Assembly (NCBI GenBank): GCA_963816145.1
Contig: CAWFJP010000003.1
Span: 384,001 to 448,000, forward strand
Origin: an uncultured delta proteobacterium
GTDB lineage: Bacteria; Desulfobacterota; Binatia; UBA9968
DNA: 64,000 nt
Direction: 5' to 3'
Made by a program: the position numbers and the translations under genes. Each line of letters begins with the position of its first letter. The stretch's first letter is position 1. A model generated the notes under the pieces. It had not been told where the DNA came from. It saw only the letters and a list, made by a program, of their open reading frames with translations, and made no database searches. This document shows positions 39,271 through 48,507 of this stretch, in pieces.

Positions 39271-40413
39271 CTAACTCCACACTTGGCGCGCAGTCTCGAC
39301 GACGACTTCCAACTTTCGCTTCTGATCGTCTTCGCTCACCAGATTGCCGACGACGTCCGAGGCAAAGCCGCATTGGGGGCTGATCGCCAGCTGTTCGAGG
39401 GGCAGATACTTGGCCGCGGCGTCGATGCGGCGCTTGAGATCCTCAACGGTTTCGATATCCGGAACTTTGGTGCTCACCAACCCCAAAACCACGACCTTGT
39501 CTTTGGGTACGAAGCGCAGCGGCGCGAAGGTGCCTGCCCGGGGGCTGTCGTATTCAAGCAAAAAGCGGTCATGCCGTAGGCCGGTGAACAGCATCTCAGC
39601 AATGGCATCGTAGCTGCCCTCGCGGTGCCACATGCTGCGCTGGTTGCCGCGGCAGAGATGAATGCCGAAGGTCACATCATCGAACAGCCGCAGTATCTCG
39701 TTATCAGCCTTGATCGAACGCATGAGGTTTTTCACGGGGTCTTCACCGCGCGCTTTCATCTCATCGAGGGATGGCGCGTCGACGTACGCGGTATAGCTGG
39801 GCGCATCGATTTGCACATAACGGCACCCGGCTTCGACCAGGCCGCGAATCATCTCCCGCTCGATGCGCACGACGTCGGCAACGAAGTCCTCCATACTCCA
39901 GTAGATCGATTTCGAGTTCTGGTAATCGAAACGCTGTGAAATCCGGTCCGGCCCGACCAGGGTCACCTTGGCCGGCCGCTGCGCAATCTTGCTGACAAAC
40001 ATATACTCTTCTAGCGGCAGATTGCGCACCAACCGAAGTTTCTGCGACACCGGACGACGCTGCAGGATCGCCGCGCCATCGGCGACACGATAGGGGTCCC
40101 ATCGCTGCAAAGGTTTGCCCTCGCGCGACAGACTTTCGACAAACGACAGGTCCGCCGGCCGCGCATCGAAACCGCTCACCGAGGCGGAGAAACTGTCCTG
40201 GAAGTTTAGCCGGCGAAATTCGCCGTCGGTGACCACCGCCAATCCGATCGCTTCTTGAAGCGCGACAGCCTGGCGGATCGCATCGTCCTCGATGCGGCGC
40301 AACTCTTCGGCGCCGATCATGCCCGCATCATGTTGTGCGTAAGCTTGCTTAACGAGCAAGGGTCGAAGGAGACTGCCGACAACATCGGTGTGGATCTTTG
40401 CCAATTGTTTCAT
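39271..40413 (-). CDS. Cobalamin-independent methionine synthase II family
   Basis: VGSLLRP, TDGEFRR, HLCRGN, LLEYD, ISPQCGF; close paralogue of 29700..30851. Confidence 0.9.
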   Translation of the reverse strand: MKQLAKIHTDVVGSLLRPLLVKQAYAQHDAGMIGAEELRRIEDDAIRQAVALQEAIGLAVVTDGEFRRLNFQDSFSASVSGFDARPADLSFVESLSREGKPLQRWDPYRVADGAAILQRRPVSQKLRLVRNLPLEEYMFVSKIAQRPAKVTLVGPDRISQRFDYQNSKSIYWSMEDFVADVVRIEREMIRGLVEAGCRYVQIDAPSYTAYVDAPSLDEMKARGEDPVKNLMRSIKADNEILRLFDDVTFGIHLCRGNQRSMWHREGSYDAIAEMLFTGLRHDRFLLEYDSPRAGTFAPLRFVPKDKVVVLGLVSTKVPDIETVEDLKRRIDAAAKYLPLEQLAISPQCGFASDVVGNLVSEDDQKRKLEVVVETARQVWS

Positions 40414-40634
40414 GGTGTTTATTCCTTACGGATGGTATTTGCGGGTCTCCGCCTGGGCGGCATCTATCCGAGCTCTAACTGCAGGGTAAAATCCAACTGC
40501 TCCGTCGCGGTGCACACGGCAGCTAGATCTATCGTAGAAAGCTTTAAATTGTCCAGTGGTTTTTAGACCGCGCGGCGCACTTGGCAGATGCTGTCGATTT
40601 GGCTAGTATCGGCGCCGAGGGAATCGAAACGACA

Positions 40635-41816
40635 ATGCAATACCGTTACATCTCCGGCGACTCGCATTTGGAAATCGACTCGAAACATTGGATCGGCCGC
40701 GTACCGGTCAAGTATCGCGACCATGTGCCGCGCTTGGTGCGCCAGCCCAACGGCAGTGATATGTGGATGATCGGCGACAAAATCAAGCGCGCCGCCGCGG
40801 CGGCCGATCTTTACGGCGGCATAGGGCGCGACGCCTATGTTCCCTTCGACGGTCGCTACGAAGGCACGCCCGGCACCGGTAGCCCCGAACAGCGGCTCAG
40901 CGAGCAAGACCGCGACGGCATCAATGCCGAAGTCTTGTTTCCATCGCAGCAAGGCGGACCGAAGTTTTGGCGCCGCGTCGAAGACAATGACGCCTACAAA
41001 GCGATCGTGCGCGCCTACAACAGTTGGCTTGCCGAAGAATACTGCGCCACCGATCCGCAACGTTTGATCGGCGTCGGCATCTTGCCGCTGGGAGGCCAAC
41101 TGAAAGATGTCATCGAGGAACTGGAGTTCTGCGGCAAGGCCGGTTTCAAAACCGTCTTGTTGCAAGGCCACCCGAGCGGCAACGCCTACGCGTCGGAAGC
41201 CGACGACCCATTTTGGGCGCGCGCGCTCGAGCTCAATATGCCGGTCAGCGTCCATGTTGACCTCGACCGCACCGGCGAGCGCAAAGGACCGCTGTTCAAG
41301 TATCCCAAAGAGACCGAAGAGATCATGAAAAAACTGACCCATGATCTAGTCGATCAGGTCGGCCGCTTCGGTCCGCAGCGCGGCAACGGCTCGATCCCTG
41401 CGGTACAGTGGGTGTTGTCGGGTCTGTTCGACCGCTTCCCGACGCTGCGCGTGTTTTTCGCCGAGAATCAGATCGGCTGGATTCCGTTCTTCCTGCAAGG
41501 CGCCGACGTGCGCTACGACCGGCACCACCGCTGGGCCGAGCGCTTGTTGGGATTCGAACCGCTTAAGCGGCCACCGAGTGAATATATTCGCGAGCATTGT
41601 CTGTGGGGTTTTCAATTCGACCGCGTCGGCGTCGAGCTGCGCGACAAGATCGGCGTCGACAAACTACTGTGGGGCTCCGATTTCCCGCACCAAGAATCCG
41701 ACTGGCCCGACTCGCTCAAGATCATCGACAAAAACTTTGCCGGGGTGCCGGAAGCGGACAAATATAAAATGGTCTGCGGCAACGCCGTCGAGTTTTTCCG
41801 TCTGCAAACTTCGTGA
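40635..41816 (+). CDS. Amidohydrolase family protein
   Basis: ISGDSH, DRDGINAEVLFPS, PVSVH, FAE, WGSDFPH. Confidence 0.92.
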   Translation: MQYRYISGDSHLEIDSKHWIGRVPVKYRDHVPRLVRQPNGSDMWMIGDKIKRAAAAADLYGGIGRDAYVPFDGRYEGTPGTGSPEQRLSEQDRDGINAEVLFPSQQGGPKFWRRVEDNDAYKAIVRAYNSWLAEEYCATDPQRLIGVGILPLGGQLKDVIEELEFCGKAGFKTVLLQGHPSGNAYASEADDPFWARALELNMPVSVHVDLDRTGERKGPLFKYPKETEEIMKKLTHDLVDQVGRFGPQRGNGSIPAVQWVLSGLFDRFPTLRVFFAENQIGWIPFFLQGADVRYDRHHRWAERLLGFEPLKRPPSEYIREHCLWGFQFDRVGVELRDKIGVDKLLWGSDFPHQESDWPDSLKIIDKNFAGVPEADKYKMVCGNAVEFFRLQTS

Positions 41817-41846
41817 GACCTCTCGCAGGAGTGGAGAGATCGTTCC

Positions 41847-41925
41847 CACCACGAAGGACACGAAGAGCACGAAGTTTGGAGTCTTGATTTTCAAAACCTT
41901 CGTGTCCTTCGTGTGCTTCGTGGTG
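41847..41925. repeat. CACGAAG/CTTCGTG inverted element, copy 3
   Basis: Three units per arm, 23-nt AT-rich loop. Confidence 0.9.
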
Positions 41926-41969
41926 TAAAAGGATTTTACGCAACGGCTGCGAAGTTCGTAACCGCTACC

Positions 41970-43079
41970 ATGATCAAACAGTGGCTATTCGTCCTACTTT
42001 TCGTGTCCTTCGGATCGGTCCGATTAGCCCACGCTCAAGAAAGCTGGCACTCCGAATGGGACCGCACGCTCAAGGCCGCCGAGCAGGAAGGACAAGTCGT
42101 CTATTCCGGCTGCGGTAGCCACGACTACTTGAAAGAATTTCAGAAAAGTTTTCCCCAGATCAAACTCGTCAGCGTCCCGCTTTCCTGCACCCAGCTGGTA
42201 TCGCGCATCATGGCCGAGCGACGCGCCGGCAAATACCTCGCCGACATGGTGCGGTTCGGTTTGACCTCGGCCCATTCGTTCTATCGCGCCAAAGTGCTTC
42301 AGCCCGTCGATCAATCATTCATCCTGCCCGAGGTAAAAGACCCGTCAAAATGGTGGCAAAGCAAACACCACTACTCCGACCCGGAAAACAAATACTTGAT
42401 AGTCCCTGCGGGCAGTATCTATGAACGCTTCGCCAGCTATCATTCTGCGCTGGCGAGCCCGGGCGATTTCAAATCCTTCGCCGACATTTTGCAGCCCAAG
42501 TGGAAAGGCAAGATCGTCGCCACCGATCCCAAGACTGGCGAAGGGCGCAATGGCGCGCGCTTTCTGTACCATCATCCCGACCTCGGACCACAGTATCTGC
42601 GCCGGTTGCTGAGCGAGATGGACATCACCTACTCGCGCGATTACCGCCAGGCCACCGACTGGCTGGCGCAAAAACGTTTCGCACTTTATCTCTTCAGCCA
42701 ATCCGACGACACGCTGAACGCCAAGAGCCAGGGGCTGCCGGTCCACATCCTCGACACCGGCAACTGGAAGGAAGCACCCGGATTGGACGCCATCGGCGGC
42801 GCTTATTTAATGATGGATAAGCCAGCCCATCCTAACGCCGCAAAGATCCTGGTCAACTGGTTACTCTCCCGCGACGGCCAAATCGCGCTGCAACGCGACG
42901 TTGAAAACGCTGGTGCCATCGATTCCCTGCGCATCGACATCCCGAAATCCGACGTGAACCCGCTCATGCGCCGGAAAGAAGGCGTCAAGTACTTGGAGAT
43001 GTGGAACCCCACCTGGATGAACATGAAACCGGTGGAAGAACTGATCGATAAAGTGATGGGCGAAGCTAAGAAGAACTGA
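41970..43079 (+). CDS. Extracellular solute-binding protein (Fe3+/polyamine-type ABC SBP)
   Basis: Signal peptide AHAQE; LQPKWKGKI; PAHPNAAKILVNWLLSRDGQ. Confidence 0.88.
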   Translation: MIKQWLFVLLFVSFGSVRLAHAQESWHSEWDRTLKAAEQEGQVVYSGCGSHDYLKEFQKSFPQIKLVSVPLSCTQLVSRIMAERRAGKYLADMVRFGLTSAHSFYRAKVLQPVDQSFILPEVKDPSKWWQSKHHYSDPENKYLIVPAGSIYERFASYHSALASPGDFKSFADILQPKWKGKIVATDPKTGEGRNGARFLYHHPDLGPQYLRRLLSEMDITYSRDYRQATDWLAQKRFALYLFSQSDDTLNAKSQGLPVHILDTGNWKEAPGLDAIGGAYLMMDKPAHPNAAKILVNWLLSRDGQIALQRDVENAGAIDSLRIDIPKSDVNPLMRRKEGVKYLEMWNPTWMNMKPVEELIDKVMGEAKKN

Positions 43080-43224
43080 CGTTGCAACCAATTTGGATCT
43101 CCCCCGCGGCCCAACATCCCATCACATCGTTCCTTCTACACCCTTTGCACTTTGCCGCGATTTCGTTACTCTCGTCCGAAAATGAACCCGATCACGAGCC
43201 ACGATCACGTTCGCAGGAGTTTCC

Positions 43225-44497
43225 ATGGCCGAACCGACAATCATATGCCCACAGTGCAAAACTGAAATTAAATTGACGGAGTCCCTTGCAGCGCCGCTAC
43301 TCGCCGACGTGAAGCGGCAGTTCGAGCAACGGCTGGCGCAAAAAGATGCCGAGATGGCCAAGCGCGAGCAATCGCTGAACGAGCGCGCCGAATCCATCGA
43401 AAAGGCGAAAGCGACTTTCGACCAACAGATCGCCGCGAAACTCCAACAGGAGCGTGTCCGCATCGCCGCCGAAGAGCAGCAAAAAGCCAAGATGGTCCTC
43501 GGCAACGATCTCAACCAAAAAGCCAAAGAGATCCAGCATTCTGCAAGAAGTATTGAAACAACGGGATGCTAAACTTGCCGAGGCACAGCAGGCTCAAGCA
43601 GAACTGATCGGCAAACAGCGAGAACTGGACGACGCCAAGCGCGAGCTCGAATTGACAATCGCCAAGCGGGTCCAAGCCGACCTCGGCAGCGAGCGCGACA
43701 AAGCCAAGAAGGAAGCCGAGGAAGAACTCAAGTTCAAGGTGATGGAGAAAGACCAGACCATCAGCGCCATGCAAAAGCAGATCGAAGATCTCAAACGGCG
43801 CGCCGAACAGGGTTCGCAACAACTTCAAGGAGAGGTTCAAGAGTTAGAGCTGGAAGCCCTGCTCACGGCGAAATTCCCCCGCGACACCATCCAACCGGTG
43901 CCCAAAGGTGAATTCGGCGGCGACGTCCTACAGCGCGTCGTCGGCCCGACCAGTCAAATATGCGGCACGATCCTGTGGGAATCCAAGCGGACAAAAAACT
44001 GGAGCGACGGCTGGCTACCTAAGCTGCGCGAAGACCAGCGCGCGGCGAAGGCCGAGATCGCTGTCATCATCAGCCAAGCGCTGCCGAAGGAAGTAGATAC
44101 CTTCGGCTATATCGACGGCGTCTGGGTGGCCGATCCCAAAGTCGCCCTGCCGGTAGCGCTGTCGCTGCGCCAATCATTGATCGAAGTCGCCGCCGCGCGA
44201 CAAGCGAGCGAAGGCCAGCAGACCAAGATGGAAATGGTCTACGGCTATCTGACCGGTCCGCGCTTCCGTCAGCGAGTTCAAGCGATAGTTGAAGCATTCT
44301 CAAGTATGAAAGAAGATTTGGACCGCGAGAAAAAAGCCATCACTCGCCAATGGGCCAAACGCGAAGAGCAGATCGACCGCGTCATGCAAGCCACCGTCGG
44401 CATGTACGGCGACCTCCAAGGCATCGCGGGGAGAACGTTGCAGGAGATTGAAGGCTTGGAGTTTCAGGGGATGTTGGATTTCAAAGGGGATGAATAG
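43225..44497 (+). CDS. DUF2130 domain coiled-coil protein, frameshifted near 43533
   Basis: IICPQCKTEIKLTESLA; GSQQLQGEVQELELE, WESKRTKNWSDGW. Two overlapping ORFs join if one base at about 43533 is removed. Confidence 0.85.
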
Positions 44498-44560
44498 GTC
44501 GCCGGCCTTCTTGCGCCGCTGAACTAAGCGCCAGAATTATCGCCGTATCCCGAGACACGA

Positions 44561-45004
44561 ATGCGGTTATACATTGACCTCAATTGTTTCAATCGCCCGT
44601 TTGATGATCAGACGCAGGAGCGAATCCGTCTCGAGACCGAAGCGGTCTATGCGATATTACAACGAATCATGCAAGGAGAAGACACGCTTTTATGGTCATG
44701 GGTGATGACATATGAAAACGATCAGCACCCAAAACTTGAGAGACGTGATGAGATCGCGCTATGGCAGCATCGAGCTGTTCGATCCGTTGGGGTCGACACA
44801 CACCTTCAAGAACGCGCCCGGTTCTTCACCCAACAGGGCATTCCGACTCTAGACGCAGCACACCTCGCATCCGCCGAAGCGGGCGAAGCGGATGTAATGC
44901 TAACTTGCGACGACGCGCTACTGCGCCGGGCTCAACGCTTTACTCTGGCTTTACGGGTAATGAACCCTGTGGCATACTTTGAACTGGAAATAGCAAATGG
45001 CTAA
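44561..45004 (+). CDS. PIN domain protein (VapC-like toxin)
   Basis: LYIDLNCFNRPFDDQTQERIRLE; LDAAHLASA; LTCDD. Confidence 0.88.
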   Translation: MRLYIDLNCFNRPFDDQTQERIRLETEAVYAILQRIMQGEDTLLWSWVMTYENDQHPKLERRDEIALWQHRAVRSVGVDTHLQERARFFTQQGIPTLDAAHLASAEAGEADVMLTCDDALLRRAQRFTLALRVMNPVAYFELEIANG

Positions 45005-45209
45005 ACAATTGACAGAACAGGAGTTAAGGGAACAAGCCACCAAGGCATTGGCTGAAAAACTCGGCCCCGTAGAAGCTCTGCGCTTTCTCGCACTCGTGTC
45101 CCGTGAACCATTCGACTATCAGCGCTGGCGAAAAGACTATTTCTCGCATTTGTCCATCGATGAATTGCTCGACAACGTTCAGAAGCACCAAACTGAAAAA
45201 CGTTCATAA
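44997..45209 (+). CDS. Small protein, putative antitoxin of the PIN gene
   Basis: Overlaps the PIN stop; ALAEKLGPVEALRFL...DYQRWR pattern. Confidence 0.75.
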   Translation: MAKQLTEQELREQATKALAEKLGPVEALRFLALVSREPFDYQRWRKDYFSHLSIDELLDNVQKHQTEKRS

Positions 45210-45301
45210 CCAATCGGTCCCGTCACCAAACTTCGACCTATCATCGATAGCGTTCGCGTTCAGAAACACCAGATGAATAGTTAAACCAGGGAGAACAACC
45301 C

Positions 45302-46577
45302 ATGGCAGACGCAAGCAAAGCGGACAAAGTACGCGAATACATAGCTAAGCACCCTCACGCATCACCTCAGAAGGTCGCAGAGGCTCTCACTGCGCCAGGC
45401 GTTGAGATTGGCGCAAGATATGTCTCCCAGATCAAAGCCAGGGCTGGTTCGACGAAAGCCAAGAAGGCCAAGCCACGCGTAGCCTCCAAAAAGACTCCAG
45501 CCAATAAGAATGGAGCCAAACCAACTGTCCGCCGTGGTCGCTCGTCACGGCCTTATCCTGCGAAGACACTCGAAGAAACCTTGGCCATTCCCCGGGCAAT
45601 ACGAGAGCAAAACAACGGCAATCCGTGGGACACGGAAGACGTCGCGCAAGCGTCACTGGGTGTGGCAAGAAGCAACAATAAATTTTTCTACACGGCGGCG
45701 GCAGCCCGCGATTATGGATTGACCGTTGGCACAAGAGATACGGACAAAATAGAACTTGCGCCGTTAGGGCGAGAATTATTCTTTGCAGGTGATGAGGAGA
45801 CAAAGAACAGGAAGATGTTAGAGGCATTCTTCGGAATCGACATCTTCAAGAGAGTGTATGAACACTACGGCAGCGCTGACCTGCCGAAGAAAGAATTCCT
45901 TGCAAACACGTTACAGAAGGAATTCGGCCTCGATCCTGAATGGCATGATGAGTTCGTCAAAATATTCAAAGCGAATTGCGTGTTTCTAGGCATTGAGAAG
46001 GGTCTTGGCCCCAAACAGATAATGCCGAAGAAGGACGAGCCCCTCGAACATCCCAGCGAAATTCAGGTAGTAGGACAACCCAAGGGTAAGTTCGACCGAA
46101 CAGCCTTTGTCATAATGCCATTCAGTGAGAAGGGTCAGAGCCCCAGGCCGCAGGGATTTTTCACTGAACTATTGAACTCGGTCATCACACCGGCCGCAAA
46201 TGCAGCTGGATTTGCCGTCGAGACTGCCCGAAAGCAAGGCAGCGATGTGATTCAGTCGACCATCATCAACCAACTTTTAAAAGCAGATCTGGTCGTCGTT
46301 GACATCACTGATCACAACCCAAACGTGCTGTTTGAACTCGGTATTCGGTATAAGGATAGCCAAGGATCTTCCCGTAGCTCTTATTAAGGCCGATGGAACA
46401 GGCCCTATTTTCGATGTGGACAATATGATGCGAGTTCTCCCATACAACCCAAATCTCTGGCCGACAACGCTTGAGAAGGATGTTCCGCGGTTGACGGACC
46501 ATATCAAAGGGGCTTGGGACAACAGATCTACGGAACGCACATATATGCAGATTCTTACAGGCCAAGCCCGTCCATAG
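45302..46577 (+). pseudogene. HTH + winged-helix + NDT/TIR-like Rossmann domain protein, frameshifted by a 7-bp duplication
   Basis: AFVIMPFS...ADLVVVDITDHNPNVLFELG; TCGGTAT duplicated at 46338..46351; removing one copy restores ELGIRIAKDLPV through to 46577. Confidence 0.8.
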
Positions 46578-46906
46578 AGCAAACCAACAACATGCGGCGC
46601 TCCTACGCGAATCCCGTGGACCGCCTTGCCGAAGCGACCAGTGACCGTTATTCAATTCCCTTTTGTCCTTATCTGCGCGTGCTTTTCCAGCGATTGCGCA
46701 ACGGTAGCCACTCACACGAATTTAAACAAAAACTCCCGTCGAAAAGAGAACTAAGAATGCGTGGGTGCTACTTTATCCCTCCGGATTCAACTAGTGCGAA
46801 TTGATTTTTCCAACTGCGAAATAGCTTGCTCAGATTCAGATCGTTTTGAACGGAGCGCCGCGATTGAACGGAATGAACGATTTAAGTTCTAGGTGTGGAG
46901 TACCCC

Positions 46907-48415
46907 ATGTCAGATCCTTACGACATCATTGTGGTTGGCGGCGGTTCAGCAGGCTGCGTGTTGGCGTCTCGCCTATCGGAAGATTCACAACGCAAAGTCC
47001 TTCTCCTCGAAGCCGGGCCGGACCCGCGGCCGATTCCTGACACTGTGGCCGACGCCGAGAAGACGACTTACGTCCTGCTCGAAAGTCCGTACATTCAGAT
47101 GTACCCGACCAAGCGCAATTACGACGGCAGCGAATTCTATTCGCTCGCGGGGCGAATCACCGGCGGTGGCTCGTCGGTCAACATGATGGCGATCCCGCGG
47201 CCAATCAAAGCTGATCTCGATACCTGGGCGAGCCAAGGGAATCCTGATTGGACCTGGGACAAAGTGCTGCCGGTGTTAAAACGGATGGAAGCCGATCAGG
47301 ATTTTCCCAACGACCCGATCCACGGCAACTCGGGGCCGATTTACATCAAGCGAAAGCACCTGTTCAACATCGATCTCGGCGAGCAGGAGGAGGCATTGCT
47401 GGAGACACTGGAAAAGCTCGGCATCCCGCGCTTCCTCGACCAAAACATCCCCAATCCCTACGGTGTGGCGCCGGTGGCGCGCAACAGCAAAGAAGGTAAG
47501 CGCCAATCGGCGACGGTGATGTATCTCGATCCGGCACGCCAACGACCTAACCTCACAATCATCGATGAAGCGCCGGCCTTGTCTCTCGTGGTGAACGGCA
47601 AGCGTGTCACCGCCGTGCGCTATCGCAAAGACGGCCAGGAACACACCGTCACCGCCGACAAGGTCGTGCTCAGTGCCGGCGTCTATCACTCGCCGCAGAT
47701 CATGATGCTGTCGGGCATCGGCCCGAGCGCGCAGTTGAAGCAGCATGGAATCCCCGTGGTTCACGATCTACCGGGCGTCGGCGAAAATTATCAAGATCAT
47801 CCGATGCTGACGATGACGTTCAAAACCAACCCGGCGAATAAAAAACCGCTCATGCGCGGCCGGTCGAGCGTAAAGCTCTATTTCAAGACCGATCCGGCGC
47901 GCGAGTATCTGAACTTCCACATAATCCCCCGCGAGGCGATCAATCTCTCGGGAATCGGCGACATGTTGGGCTTCTCGTGTAATCTCCTGGAGCAAACCAA
48001 CCGCGGCCGACTCACGCTGCAGAGCGCCGATCCCAATGATCTGCCAAACATCGATCCGCAAGTTCTGGAACATCCTCAAGACATCGCGGCAATGCTGGCG
48101 GCGATGAAGTTCGTCCAGCGCCTCACGAGCACAGAGCCTCTCAGTCAGTTCTTCGGCGAGCTCTTTTCTCCCAGCGTCAACGAGGATTGGCAAAAATTCG
48201 CGCGCTCGTCCTACACGAGCTACTACCACGGCGTCGGCACCTGCAGGATGGGGCCTGCTTCCGACCCGATGGCGGTGGTCGATCAACACCTGCGAGTGCA
48301 CGGCTTCGACAACCTCTGGGTCGGCGACGCTTCGATTATGCCCACCGTGGTCCACGCCAATACCAATTTTACCGTCATGATGATCGCCGAACGGGCCGCG
48401 GAGTATATCAAATAA
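46907..48415 (+). CDS. GMC-family oxidoreductase (choline dehydrogenase-like)
   Basis: DIIVVGGGSAG, GGGSSVN, GENYQDH, YYHGVGTCRMG, DASIMP, ANTN. Confidence 0.93.
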   Translation: MSDPYDIIVVGGGSAGCVLASRLSEDSQRKVLLLEAGPDPRPIPDTVADAEKTTYVLLESPYIQMYPTKRNYDGSEFYSLAGRITGGGSSVNMMAIPRPIKADLDTWASQGNPDWTWDKVLPVLKRMEADQDFPNDPIHGNSGPIYIKRKHLFNIDLGEQEEALLETLEKLGIPRFLDQNIPNPYGVAPVARNSKEGKRQSATVMYLDPARQRPNLTIIDEAPALSLVVNGKRVTAVRYRKDGQEHTVTADKVVLSAGVYHSPQIMMLSGIGPSAQLKQHGIPVVHDLPGVGENYQDHPMLTMTFKTNPANKKPLMRGRSSVKLYFKTDPAREYLNFHIIPREAINLSGIGDMLGFSCNLLEQTNRGRLTLQSADPNDLPNIDPQVLEHPQDIAAMLAAMKFVQRLTSTEPLSQFFGELFSPSVNEDWQKFARSSYTSYYHGVGTCRMGPASDPMAVVDQHLRVHGFDNLWVGDASIMPTVVHANTNFTVMMIAERAAEYIK

Positions 48416-48433
48416 AGGTCGTGATAATATTTC

Positions 48434-48507
48434 CATCGCGGAGACGCAGGGAACGCAGAGTTCGCAGTAGTTCTTAACTAATGACTCTTTCCTCCGCGCC
48501 CTCTGCG
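48434..48507. repeat. CGCAGAG/CTCTGCG-arm inverted element interrupted by IS1182
   Basis: Left arm catcgcggagacgcagggaacgcagag; the right arm is split between 48492..48507 and 50373..50388. Confidence 0.8.

Noticed and set aside
29700-40413. Assigning the symbol metE to the three MetE-like genes
   Set aside because: They are half-length core proteins in multiple copies with no methionine-pathway context, so the function is not established.
43225-46840. Integron cassette array (also considered for 51597..52260 and 61038..63309)
   Set aside because: I could not identify convincing attC sites (RYYYAAC...GTTRRRY with paired L boxes) or an integron integrase.
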